Assembly: GCA_965223905.1 (NCBI GenBank)
Contig: CBDCXV010000010.1
Location: 1,856,001-1,920,000 of the forward strand
Origin: Candidatus Latescibacterota bacterium
GTDB lineage: Bacteria > Latescibacterota > UBA2968 > UBA8231
Reading direction: 5' to 3'
Length of the DNA: 64,000 bases
Below the pieces are notes generated by a model. That model was not told where the DNA came from, ran no database searches, and was given only the letters and a program-made list of their open reading frames with translations. How positions within the stretch are numbered: position 1 is the first letter of the stretch; the number at the start of each line of letters is the position of its first letter. Position numbers and translations under genes: made by a program. Shown piece by piece: positions 21,613 through 31,782 of the stretch.

Positions 21613-22497
21613 CAGGTAAAAGAACCAGATGCTGAAGGTGATCTGCAGATTGACCAGGTAGAAGAAACCGATCCAGGCGAAGCTGAAGGCCATGGGCAGG
21701 TGGATCATCCCGCGCCACAACCTGATCGGCTCCAGCCGGAAGTTGAACTCGGGCACGGCGGGAAAGAACTCGTGCAGTCCGGTACAGCTGAAGTAGACGA
21801 AGGGGATCGCGAAACCGACCCACATGATCGGGCTGCGGAAGAGGGGCGCGACAGCGCCGAGGGCCCCCTCGCCCTTCTCGATCATCCTGTTCGGCAGCTC
21901 CATCATGGGGTAGGAGAGGCGTTCGTGCACTGACCACTGGCGATGCAGGATGGAACTGACACAGACGAGCATGAAGCCCATGGCCATGATGAGGGAGAAC
22001 CAGTAGGCCAGTGGTTCGATCCACGCTGACCAGGCGATGGAGGCACCTCTTGGGAGGCCCTCGTAGAAGTGCATGATCGACTGCATGTCCTGCGGCACCA
22101 TCCAGGTGGGAATGTGATCGTGGATGAGCTCGGCGTAGCGGTTCTCGGGGGTGGCGTAGTAGTAGGGAAACACCATGGTGCCGAGGAGGAAGAACATGAG
22201 CCCCCAGGTCGGCGTGGTGACCGCCATCAGGAGCATGCAATAGACGAGCACGAGATCGGCCCGCGAGAGCGTGAAGTGACCCCGCACGAGGCTGCAGAGA
22301 ACGTTGACGACGAGGAGAAGGACGAGGAAAAGGAAGATGGCGCCCGGCGACGAGGGGTTGAACCCGATATGGAAATACGTGAAGGCGAGCCCATATGGAG
22401 CCACCAGCCCGACGGCGAGGCTCATGGCCGCTCCGATGAGGAGTCCCTTCAAGGAAAAAGGTGAAGGGGGGTTCATGAAACGCTCATGGGATTACCT

Positions 22498-23335
22498 TCA
22501 CGCGGCGGCCTCTTGCAGCAGCGCCATCAAGTTGCCTCCCGCGATGCGGTCGCGGTCGTCGTCGCGCAGGAAGGGCATCTTCCACAACAGCTCCAGGGTC
22601 TGCGGGTAGGTTTGAAAGTTGAGGCAGGGGGCGTAGTCCGACGCGAACAGCAGGCGCTCGACGCCAAACGCCTCGATCAGCGCTTCGACGTATGGCCATG
22701 CCAGCTCGTGAGGGTAGTCGTGACCGGGTTCGGTCAAGGCGTAGAAGCCGCTCAGCTTCACGCTTGTTTGGGGATAACGGGCGAGTGCGAGCACGTCGCT
22801 CAGCCTGTTGCGAGCCTCGGCCCCGTCGATCGGCTCGGTGACGCGATCGGGCAGCCCGAGATGGGACATGATCAGCCGCAGCTGCTTGTGGCGCTCGAGG
22901 ACCTCCTGCCAGACCGGCCAGGCCTCTATTTTCGCGTTGACGCTGAGCACCCAGCGGATGTCGGTCAGCCATTCCCAGATGGAGTCCGGGTAGGCGCGCA
23001 CGGCGTCATCACTCCTCGGGTACATCACCAGACCCACTACTCCCTGGTCGCGCCATGTCTCCAGCGTATCGGCATTTGGAGGATTGTCGGGCTTTATGTA
23101 GGTGGCGGGACGGACCCAGTCGTACTTCGATTGCAGACCAATGACGTATTCGTTGTTGCCGTCGTTGCCCTCGCAGTCTGTGTAGCAGACGATGAGGGCT
23201 GCGGCCACGTCGTTATCCCTGGCCAGAGAGTCGAAGCAGGCAGCTTCGTCTATGTGCACACCGGGCCGGGCGCTGAACGTTCCCTCCCAGGGGGTGCTCG
23301 AAAAGGTGGATGTGAGCATCGGCTCGTTGCGCCAT
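22498..23335 (-). pseudogene. Amidohydrolase_2 family protein with a +1 frameshift near the N-terminus
   Basis: Likely start MAQRADAHIHLF (ATG 23335, GGAGA RBS) is out of frame with WEGTF.. at a C5 run near 23290; SHLG, VKLSGF and FASDY motifs. Confidence 0.7.
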
Positions 23336-23517
23336 GAGTGGTCTCCGTCTGGCGAATTGATCGTTGGAGGCGGCTCGGTACTAAGCGGCGGTGGAAACGC
23401 CCGTTGAGGCTCGGTAATATAGAGCGCAGCCGAGGCAGCCACATCCCGCAACACCTTCAAAGAGCGGAGAATGTACTCGACCGGACAGACCTATCAGCTC
23501 AAAGATTGGGGGGACAC

Positions 23518-23826
23518 GTGATCAGATTTTGCATCGCACTGACGGTCGCGCTGCTCAGCCTGGCACCTTGCCGGGCCCTGCAGCGCACCGACACGGAATT
23601 CAAGATCTTCCAGTTTCCCGCCAACATGATTCCACGCATCGACGGTCAGACCGGAGATTGGGCGATGGTACCCGAAAGCTACGCCTACGGCACCGAGCAG
23701 CTTTCCGACACGGTGATGGGCAATTTCACCGACTACGATCGCGACGACCTGGACGTGAACGTGCGCGTCGGGTGGGTAAAAGGTCTGAACCGGCTCTACT
23801 TCCTCTACGAGGCGTACGACGACTAA
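23518..23826 (+). pseudogene. 5' fragment of a PKD-domain family gene
   Basis: ALQRTDTEFKIFQFP..RVGWVKGLNRLYFLYEAYDD, then an abrupt stop at a junction. Confidence 0.7.
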
Positions 23827-23856
23827 AGGAATGTCATCAAATTGCGAGGACAATCG

Positions 23857-26800
23857 ATGAAATGGACATGGGCAGCTGTCGCGTTGTTGACCGCAAAACT
23901 GGCCTTCGCCTTTTCGGTACTCATCGTCTGGTGCCTATCGCACGGCGTGTCGGCGGCTGACACACGCATTTCGCTTCGCGTCCCCGAGCTGGCCGGCGCC
24001 GACCGCGACGAGGAGATAGTCACCTCGGGCGTGCCGCTGAGCAGGGGCACGCTCACCGACGTGTCGCAGAGCCGGCTGCTGGACGCGGACGGCATTGAGG
24101 TGCCCTTCGTCAGCACCGTCCTGGCGCGCTGGCCGGACGAATCGGTGAAGTGGTTGTTGCTCGACTTCCGCGCCACCGTCGCCGCGCGCCAGACGGCCCG
24201 TTTCACGCTGGAATGCGGTTCCCCATCGACGGCGAAGCCGACCGGGCCGCAGGTGTCCGTCAGGGAAGGGGACCGCTTCATAGAGGTCACTACCGGGCCG
24301 CTGCGGTTCCGCGTGAGCCGCCACCGCTACACGTTCCTGGATGAGGTTTGGCTCGACGAGAACGACGACGGCGCCTTCTCACCGGCCGAGTCGGTGGTGA
24401 CCTCCGGCGCAGGCGACAGCCGCCTCGAGGTCGAGACCACGCCGCCCGGCCCTCCGCAGGAGGAGAACTGGCTTGTCGACGCGGCAGGCGGGCCGCGTCA
24501 GGGGTACGAGGCCGTCGTCACCGAGGCACGGGTCGAGTTCGCCAACCCGCTGCGCGCCGTGGTGCTGGTGCGGGGCGAGTATCGCGACGGTGCGGGTGGG
24601 AGCATCGGTCCGTTCTGGACGAGGTACACCGCATGGGCAGACGACACGACCATCGGGGTCGAGCACTTCTTCGCCTTCGACGCCGACGTGGAAAAGGCGT
24701 TCCTCAGGTCGCTGTCACTCGGACTGCCGTTTGCCGGCGATGGGCCGCTGGCGGCGACGTTCGGGCTCGGGGAAGGGGAGACCGCCGCGCCAGACGCGGG
24801 CCTCGCCGAGACGGCACTGGTCGAGGTGATGCCGGACCGGTTCTACCACCTGGTGCCGCTGACCGTCGACCGCCGGGTGCGGTATCAGGTGGTTGGCAAA
24901 GCGGCCAATGGCGGCGATCAGGTGCTCAAAGAAGGCGTCGAGGCCGCCGGCTGGGTTCGCCTGGAAGGGGACCGGGCGACGACGACCATCGCCTTGCGCG
25001 ACTTCCCGCGGCTGCACCCCAAAGAGATCCGAGTCGAGCCGGGCAAGCGCGCGTTGCGGTATTTCCTGTGGCCCGAGCGCGGCGGCAAGGTCCTGGACTT
25101 GCGCCGCCGCTACAAGGGACAACGGGTGGAGGACCACTACGATACCGGCGAGTACGAGCCCGCCGGCCGTGGTTTCGGAAAGACCCATCAGCTGCTCATC
25201 GACTTCAGTCCCACCCCACCGAGCGACACAGCGGCGTCGGCAGACGCAGCCTCGTCAGCGGACGCAAGGGCTTCTGCATTAGCCCGGCGCGCCGACGAGC
25301 CGTTGCGCGCGTTTTGCACCCCCCAGCACTACGCCGCGTGCGACGTCTGGAACCGCTTCCAGCCGGTCGACACCGAACACTTCCCACAGACCGAGGCGAT
25401 GATCCGCCTGGGAATCGAGTGGGCCCTTCGCCTGCCGCGGACCTTCCACTGGGACGGCCTCGTCGACTGGGGCGATACGTTCTTCTGGGGGTACGAAGGG
25501 GCCCCACACGGTCAGGTCGCCGAAGTGCCCAAGACGAGCTGGGTCGTGCGTGGATACGATGGCTGGCTCAACAACGACTGCAACGTGGCGCACGACTTCA
25601 TGGTCCTCTTCTTGCGCTCGGCCGACGACCGGATCTACCAGTACTGGGAGCGGATGGTCCAGCACGTCATGGACGTGGACACGATCCACGCCGCCGAAGA
25701 CCCGACCCACGTCGGCGGCGGCCGGCGACACGACCAGCAGCATTGGGGCGCGTCGTATACGGGCTATGGCACCGCTGCGGTCGAAGCGGGTGAGCTGTAC
25801 TACCTCACCGGTAGCCTGTGGGCGAAGGAGATGCTGGTCAAGTACGCCGACTGGTACATGGTGGGTGGTGGGGCGGAATGGGAGACGCGCTTGCCATGTC
25901 TCGTTCTGGCCTGGGAGGCTACCGGGGACGACAAGTACATGCGCTACATCGAGCGCCCCGAGATGCGGGAGGACGTCTATGGACTTGCGATGGGTATCCC
26001 CGGCGCCATCGACGTCCCGCACTTTCGCACCAACGGCGTCGAGGTCGGCGTCGACTTCCTATATCGGGCCACCGGCGACGCCCAGTGGCTCGACCATCTC
26101 ACTACAGCGGCGCGCCATATGATCGAGGTCAACCCGGGCAATAAGTACGGCCGGTCGCTCCTGGCGAAAGCCTACCTGGCCACCGGCGACCAGGAGGTGC
26201 TCGACTGGCTGCGACGACTCCTGGTCGTCGGCGACCCGTACAAACGCACAACTCAGGAGTCGTTCTTCCGGGAGAACCAGATTCAGGACGACGTCACCGA
26301 GCTGTCATTCGACGAGCTCTCCGAGCTGTTCAGGGCGGCGCCGATGGACGACGTGCGGAACATGATCTACATCTACCGGTACTATCCCTACGTGATGGCG
26401 GCGCTGAAAAAGGCGGGACTCGACGAGAGCCGGATGGAGCTGATCGACTTTGCCCTCGACCGGCGCGGCATGGGGCAGTATCACCTGCGTGGTCCCGACG
26501 TGCCAGCTCCCGTCGACGCGCACTTCGAGTCCGTGTCCCTCGCCGCCGTGGCGAACACCGATCCATTAGCGGACCCGTTCAGTCTATACAGACACTGGCA
26601 GCGGCATCCCCTCCAACACGGCGAAATCGGCTTCGACTTCGGCGAAAGGCAGGTCACTGTCGACGCGGGCGAGTGCGAGCCAGGTTACCTGCCCGTGCGC
26701 ACGGCCACTGCGTATCCGTACCGGGCGCCGATCCCACGCGCCGCGGAGCACGACGGCACGAACCTCATCGGCCTTCCCTTCGGCACGACCTGGCAGATCA

Positions 26801-28113
26801 ACAGCGTCCCCTTCGCCTTGCCCGACCCGGCGTCGGTCGCGGACGGGCGCACCATGCTGGTAGTCGGGAAGGGGGAGCGCGCTGTCATTCCCATCGGCCG
26901 GACCGTGCGCAAGCTCTACGCGCTCGGCCACGTGGTGCGGGCCCGCTCGAGCTGGAGGGAAACCGGCGCGCGCTACCACCTCAACTACGCCGACGGCACT
27001 ACGCGACGCATCGACCTGGACAATCTGATGGACTACGAGCACGTGTTTCAGTGGGGGTTCGCCGAGCGCTGCCTGTTCGCCCGCAACTGGAAGGTGCAGG
27101 GCAGCTGGGACGGCGGCGCACCGATCCTGAACAACTACCCGATCGAGTGCAAGGCGAAACCGCTCGAGGAGCTGGTCATCGAGGACGCGGGGAAGGGCAT
27201 CGGCTTCATGATTCTGGCGGTCACGGCAGAGCTCGACGGCGCCATGACGGAAGAGCCCGTGCTCGACGTGTCCTTCACCGCCCCCGGCGCGTCGAAGAAC
27301 CTCTGGCGCGAACGGTCAGACTCCGGCTGGCTCAACGTCGCGGGCGAGCTCACGGAGAGCACCGGCGTGTTGTCTGACGGCGCGGCGACGTTGCGGACAG
27401 CGCTGGGTGATGGTCAGTACGACGTAGAGTTGGAGCTGTCCGGCGTCGGCTGGGGTGGGCCGTTCAACGTCCGCGCGAACGGGCGCATGGTCGCTCGCGG
27501 CTACGTGGCCAGCAGCGGTGGCATTCCCGGCGTGACCAGCCGGCCCGAGCGCATCCGCTTTCCGGTGACCGTGACGGGCGGCCAGCTGGACCTCACGCTG
27601 GAAGCCGACCGCACCGTCGGCAACTGGTGGCATCCCAAGCGGCTGCACGGGGGGGCCTGGCATCTGACGCAAATGCGCGTATTCGCCTCGCAGCATCCGA
27701 CGCCGGCGCCACGAGAGGAGATCACCTACGGCTGGCTCGAGCCGGACCTGGCCGTCATTCCGCTGCCGCCGGACGAGCTCGGGAGCCTCCCTTACGCCCT
27801 CCTCCGCACCTGCATCCGCAGCAAGTCTCCGTCAGGCACGTTCCGCGCCGACCTCCCTCAGGGTGACTACGAAGCGGAGCTGACCTTCGCCCTTCGCGGT
27901 AGTGGCACGCGCGAGGGGCCGGTGAAGATGAACGTGACAGTGCAGGGCAAGCGCTTTCTCACGGACTTCGACGGCGGCTCGTACGACAAGCCTGTCGTGG
28001 AGAACTACCCTGTGCGAATCGAGCCCGACGGTCACCTGGAGGTCAGGCTGGAGAGCGCGGGCGGCGAGAACGAGTGGGGGATCAGCGCGCTGGTGGTGCG
28101 GCCGGCGAAGTAG
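23857..28113 (+). CDS. Large secreted protein, exo-rhamnogalacturonan lyase (PcRGLX/YetA)-like with C-terminal CBM-like domains
   Basis: TSGVPL..G, WPDESVKWLLLDF, GLVDWGD, HVMDVD and GRRHDQQHW motifs. Confidence 0.6.
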   Translation: MKWTWAAVALLTAKLAFAFSVLIVWCLSHGVSAADTRISLRVPELAGADRDEEIVTSGVPLSRGTLTDVSQSRLLDADGIEVPFVSTVLARWPDESVKWLLLDFRATVAARQTARFTLECGSPSTAKPTGPQVSVREGDRFIEVTTGPLRFRVSRHRYTFLDEVWLDENDDGAFSPAESVVTSGAGDSRLEVETTPPGPPQEENWLVDAAGGPRQGYEAVVTEARVEFANPLRAVVLVRGEYRDGAGGSIGPFWTRYTAWADDTTIGVEHFFAFDADVEKAFLRSLSLGLPFAGDGPLAATFGLGEGETAAPDAGLAETALVEVMPDRFYHLVPLTVDRRVRYQVVGKAANGGDQVLKEGVEAAGWVRLEGDRATTTIALRDFPRLHPKEIRVEPGKRALRYFLWPERGGKVLDLRRRYKGQRVEDHYDTGEYEPAGRGFGKTHQLLIDFSPTPPSDTAASADAASSADARASALARRADEPLRAFCTPQHYAACDVWNRFQPVDTEHFPQTEAMIRLGIEWALRLPRTFHWDGLVDWGDTFFWGYEGAPHGQVAEVPKTSWVVRGYDGWLNNDCNVAHDFMVLFLRSADDRIYQYWERMVQHVMDVDTIHAAEDPTHVGGGRRHDQQHWGASYTGYGTAAVEAGELYYLTGSLWAKEMLVKYADWYMVGGGAEWETRLPCLVLAWEATGDDKYMRYIERPEMREDVYGLAMGIPGAIDVPHFRTNGVEVGVDFLYRATGDAQWLDHLTTAARHMIEVNPGNKYGRSLLAKAYLATGDQEVLDWLRRLLVVGDPYKRTTQESFFRENQIQDDVTELSFDELSELFRAAPMDDVRNMIYIYRYYPYVMAALKKAGLDESRMELIDFALDRRGMGQYHLRGPDVPAPVDAHFESVSLAAVANTDPLADPFSLYRHWQRHPLQHGEIGFDFGERQVTVDAGECEPGYLPVRTATAYPYRAPIPRAAEHDGTNLIGLPFGTTWQINSVPFALPDPASVADGRTMLVVGKGERAVIPIGRTVRKLYALGHVVRARSSWRETGARYHLNYADGTTRRIDLDNLMDYEHVFQWGFAERCLFARNWKVQGSWDGGAPILNNYPIECKAKPLEELVIEDAGKGIGFMILAVTAELDGAMTEEPVLDVSFTAPGASKNLWRERSDSGWLNVAGELTESTGVLSDGAATLRTALGDGQYDVELELSGVGWGGPFNVRANGRMVARGYVASSGGIPGVTSRPERIRFPVTVTGGQLDLTLEADRTVGNWWHPKRLHGGAWHLTQMRVFASQHPTPAPREEITYGWLEPDLAVIPLPPDELGSLPYALLRTCIRSKSPSGTFRADLPQGDYEAELTFALRGSGTREGPVKMNVTVQGKRFLTDFDGGSYDKPVVENYPVRIEPDGHLEVRLESAGGENEWGISALVVRPAK

Positions 28114-28502
28114 GCCGATCAGGCGAAATGTAGGCGAGCGGTTTATTCTACCGCAGGCGACCAGTCGGCCCAGGAATCAGCTGGGTTGTTGGTGAGATTG
28201 ATGGGATCGGAGCCGTCGGCGTTCATCACGCGCCCCCGCTCGCCAATCAGCGAGAACCTCGTCAATCGTCTGCAGCAGGCGGCTAGCCCTCTGCAGCGTT
28301 ACCGAGATCGACGGATGTCTGTTGGAAATGGAGCAGCTGGGCGCCGACGAAAGCCGGCTGGCCTCGCGCCTCCGGGCCCTTCGTCAGAGCCACGATATGG
28401 AGGCGCTGGCCGCCGGGGTAGCCGCGCTTCGCCGGAGCTGACCCATGTGAGTGGCGGCCTCGATCTCATAGAGCCCAGACTCAACAGCGAGTTTCAGCCA
28501 CT

Positions 28503-28880
28503 CTACCACTCAAGACGACGGACGTCGTCGACCAGATCGAAGTGCTGGTCGCGGCTGAGCAGCGGCAGGCCATGCTGGCGAACGAGGGCTGCGATCCAGC
28601 AGTCGTTCGCCGGAATTGGTGTACCGGCTTGGCGCAGCTCGCCGCGCACTCTTGCGTAGTGCGGCACCGTCGCCATGTCCGGACAGAAGACCTCGGCCCG
28701 CTGCACAAATGCCTGCAGCCACTGTTGAAGCTCATTCTTGGACCGTGAATGGGCGATCCCGTACTCGTACTCACCGAGACTGATCAGGGTCACCGCCAGG
28801 CGGCGAGCGTCTCTCAGTTTCGCCAGAAGATCGCGATCCTTCCGAGCCAGCGCCGACAACGCATTGGTGTCCAGAATCAC
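28503..28880 (-). CDS. vapC: PIN-domain toxin
   Basis: VILDTNALSA..GEYEYG..IPANDCWIAA..LSRDQHF; GTG start overlaps the antitoxin stop. Confidence 0.9.
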   Translation of the reverse strand: MILDTNALSALARKDRDLLAKLRDARRLAVTLISLGEYEYGIAHSRSKNELQQWLQAFVQRAEVFCPDMATVPHYARVRGELRQAGTPIPANDCWIAALVRQHGLPLLSRDQHFDLVDDVRRLEW

Positions 28881-29131
28881 TGCCACATCTCCGCGTCGAC
28901 ACCTCGGAAGTCGGCCGCCTTGAGAACCGCCTCCAGATCCTCGACCGCCGTCGCCGAGACGGGCGGCAGGGCCTCTGCCCACTCCGCCCAGGAGCCCGTG
29001 TCAGGCTCTTCCTCCTGGAGCATGCGGTCAAGAGCCTCCTCCAGGTATCGGCTCAGTGGTTTACCCGCAAGCGCGGCTCGAGCCTTGGCCCTCCTGAAGA
29101 TGTCATCTCGAATGTTGACTGTCGTTTTCAT
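28877..29131 (-). CDS. vapB: RHH antitoxin
   Basis: MKTTVNIRDDIFRRAKARAA, directly upstream of vapC. Confidence 0.8.
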   Translation of the reverse strand: MKTTVNIRDDIFRRAKARAALAGKPLSRYLEEALDRMLQEEEPDTGSWAEWAEALPPVSATAVEDLEAVLKAADFRGVDAEMWQ

Positions 29132-29166
29132 GGAACATTTATACGGTTATTCCATAAAAATGTCAA
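29129..29166 (-). promoter_or_regulatory. sigma70 promoter and operator of vapBC
   Basis: TTGACA-17nt-TATAAA, 6 nt before the ATG; overlapping palindrome ATGGAA..TTCCAT. Confidence 0.7.
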
Positions 29167-29213
29167 GATGCGGCATGCTTAGGGTGCTCTGGCGCAGAAC
29201 GTCTTGGCATCGC

Positions 29214-31142
29214 CTACATGTTGCTGAGAAACCGCCCCCGCTCGCCAATCAGCGAGAAGATAATCCCCCATACCCCGTTCACGGTGACCTCCCCGAGGAT
29301 GAGGCCGAGAAAGAAGGGCTTGAGGCTCTGATACAGTCGGGCGCCACCGTAGTGCAGGATGGTGAGCTTGATGACCCAGGCCACGGGGCAGGTGAACCAG
29401 ATGTAGCCGGTGAGCCAGCCGACGCTGAGGCCGAAACCGAGGGGGTGGAAGGGCCACCAGGCCCAGCGGTGCTGGGCCAACGAGAGCAAGCCCGACGCGA
29501 GACCGCCGATCGCCTTGAACAACCACCCGCGCATGCTGGCGTCGGGCGGATCGAGAATCTCTCTGGCGATGCGCGGCCATCCGTGCGCGCCCGTCCAGCT
29601 GATGCCGTTGAGATTGATGGCGCCATAGATGTGGGACAGGTAGATGGTCATGAAGGCGGCGCCGATGAAGCTCAGCGAAAGGGCGATCATCATGCCCCAG
29701 AAGAGACGCGTCTTCGAGCCGACAATGGATTCGGCGAGCTTGATCCCGTGAGCGCAGGCCACCATGGGTGAGGTTCGCGACTCTCCCTGCCACACGAAGG
29801 TGAAGTCGAGGGCCACCAGGCCTTTCGCACCCAGCGCCGAGGTGCCGAATCCGGATATAATGAAATAAGCGGGCACGTGAGGGCTTCTGGCCGTGGCCAC
29901 ACCCGCCGTGGTCACCGCCCGCGCCACCCAGATGAAGAAGATGAGGCTGACGACGACGAGAATGGGCACGAAGACGGCGGGCACCCCCGAGCGCCACAGC
30001 CAGACGCAGACGAACAGGAGGCTGGCGACGAAGCCGATGACGGCCGTGCGGTAGCGCAGCAGCTCCTCGCTGTCGTCGACGGCTGACGCGGGATTCCAGA
30101 CCTTCCGTGCCACATCCACGAAGTGCTGGCGGGCGGTCCAGAGGCCGAGGAGGACGAAGACGATGACGGCGCCCGTGGACTGATGGGTCAGGTCCGCGGA
30201 CTGGTGGTCATCGTAGCCGCTCTGCAACTCCGTGCTCCTGATGCCGAGGAAGGTGAACACAGCGTCTTCGACTTTGCAGAACAGGTAGAAGAACCAGATG
30301 CTGAAAGTGATCTGCAGATTGACGAGGTAGAAGAAACCGATCCAGGCGAAACTGAAGGCCATGGACAGGTGGATCATTCTGCGCCACAACGTGATCGTTT
30401 CCAGCCAGAAAGTGAACTCGGGCACGGCGGGATAGAACTCGTGCAGTCCCGTACAGCTGAAGTAGATGACGGGGATCAGGAAGCCGACCTACATGATGCC
30501 GTTGCGGAAGAGGGGCGCCAGCGCGCCGAGAGCACCCTCGCCGCCTTCGATCATCCTGTTCGGCAGCTCCATCATGGGGTAGCTGAGGCGTTCGTGCACC
30601 GACCACTGGCGGTGCAGGATGGAACTGACGCAGACGAGCATGAATCCGATGGCGATGATGAGGGCGAACCAGTAGGCCAGCGGCTCGAGCCACACGGACC
30701 AGGCGATGGAGGCGCCTTTCGGGAGGCCCTCGTAGAAGTGCATGATCGACTGCAAGTCCTGCGGCACGATCCACGTGGGGATGTGATCGTGGATGAGCTC
30801 GGCGTAGCGGTTCTCGGGCGTGGCGTAGTAGTAGGGATACACCATGGTGCCGATGAGGAAGAACATGAGCCCCCAGGTCGGCGTAGTGACCGCCATCAGG
30901 AGCATGCAGTAGACGAGGACGAGATCCGCCCGCGACAGCGTGAAGTGACGCGCCACGAGGCTGCAGAGAACGTTGACGACGAGGAGGACGAGGAAGAAGA
31001 AGATGGCGCCCGGCGACGAGGGGTTGAAGCCGATCTGGAAATACGTGAAGGCGAGGCCGTACGGAGCCGCCAGCCCGACGGCGAGGCTCATGGCCGCTCC
31101 GATGAGGAGTCCCTTCGAGGAAAAGGGGGAAGGGCAATTCAT
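29214..31142 (-). pseudogene. DUF6785-type transporter copy 4 with a single in-frame TAG
   Basis: TAG at 30489-30491 where the paralog has TGG (IMWVGF); the frame is otherwise continuous. Confidence 0.8.
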
Positions 31143-31234
31143 GAGACGCCTGGGATATGGATCACGTCTTGGCCCTCACTCCGACGGGTTCGGAGGTGAG
31201 GCTGGGGGAACAAAGATGGGGTCGCCTGCCTTCT

Positions 31235-31613
31235 TCAGAGCGATTTCACAGCGACTTGAGTGCCCGCCATCTGCTGGACGACGTGGTCGAGGCAATCGGC
31301 GGCTGACTCGAAGGGGTGATCGGGGTAGGACTCGAGGCTGAAGTTCAGGTCGTTCTCTCCGAAGGCGAGCATGTCGACGCCGGGTTTCGCGAGCTTTCGG
31401 GCGTTCGTGACGGCATTCACGGACTCCAGCTGCAGGATCAGGATGCCGTTGTCATTCCACCACTCGGCGTACTCCAGACGTTCGCCTCTGCCCTCGATGC
31501 CGTACCCTGAGCTGGGTCCCCAGCTCCGTTCGCCCTTCGGCGGATAGTAGAAGGCGTCGACGGCCTCGTCTACGGTGGCCTCGTCTTCGACCTGCGGCAC
31601 CATGATGGCCAGC
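31235..31613 (-). pseudogene. 3' fragment of an HpcH/HpaI aldolase
   Basis: IMVPQVE..YYPPKGERSWG..QLESV..FGENDL; 5' part replaced by the mini-element. Confidence 0.75.
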
Positions 31614-31782
31614 GGCACGGTCTGTCCGTCGCGTGGAGATGCTCCATTGAATTCTGCGTGCTCATGCCGATTGACGCCATTCAGGTGGTGCGCGCTGTTC
31701 CGATGGGCTGAGAATCTGCACAGGTGCATACGTCCTTGGCCGCACGCAGGGCACACGCTTGGATCCACGCCCGTCACCTGAA

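Larger units (their letters stand above)
17395..22476 (-). pseudogene. DUF6785-type transporter copy 3, interrupted by IS1380 and ISL3
   Basis: Three pieces (17395-17821, 19492-20148, 21613-22476) rejoin into a close paralog of 29214-31142. Confidence 0.85.

Noticed and set aside
30489-30491. Amber recoding (pyrrolysine)
   Set aside because: The paralog has TGG at this position and no pyl genes are seen; a nonsense mutation or base error is simpler.
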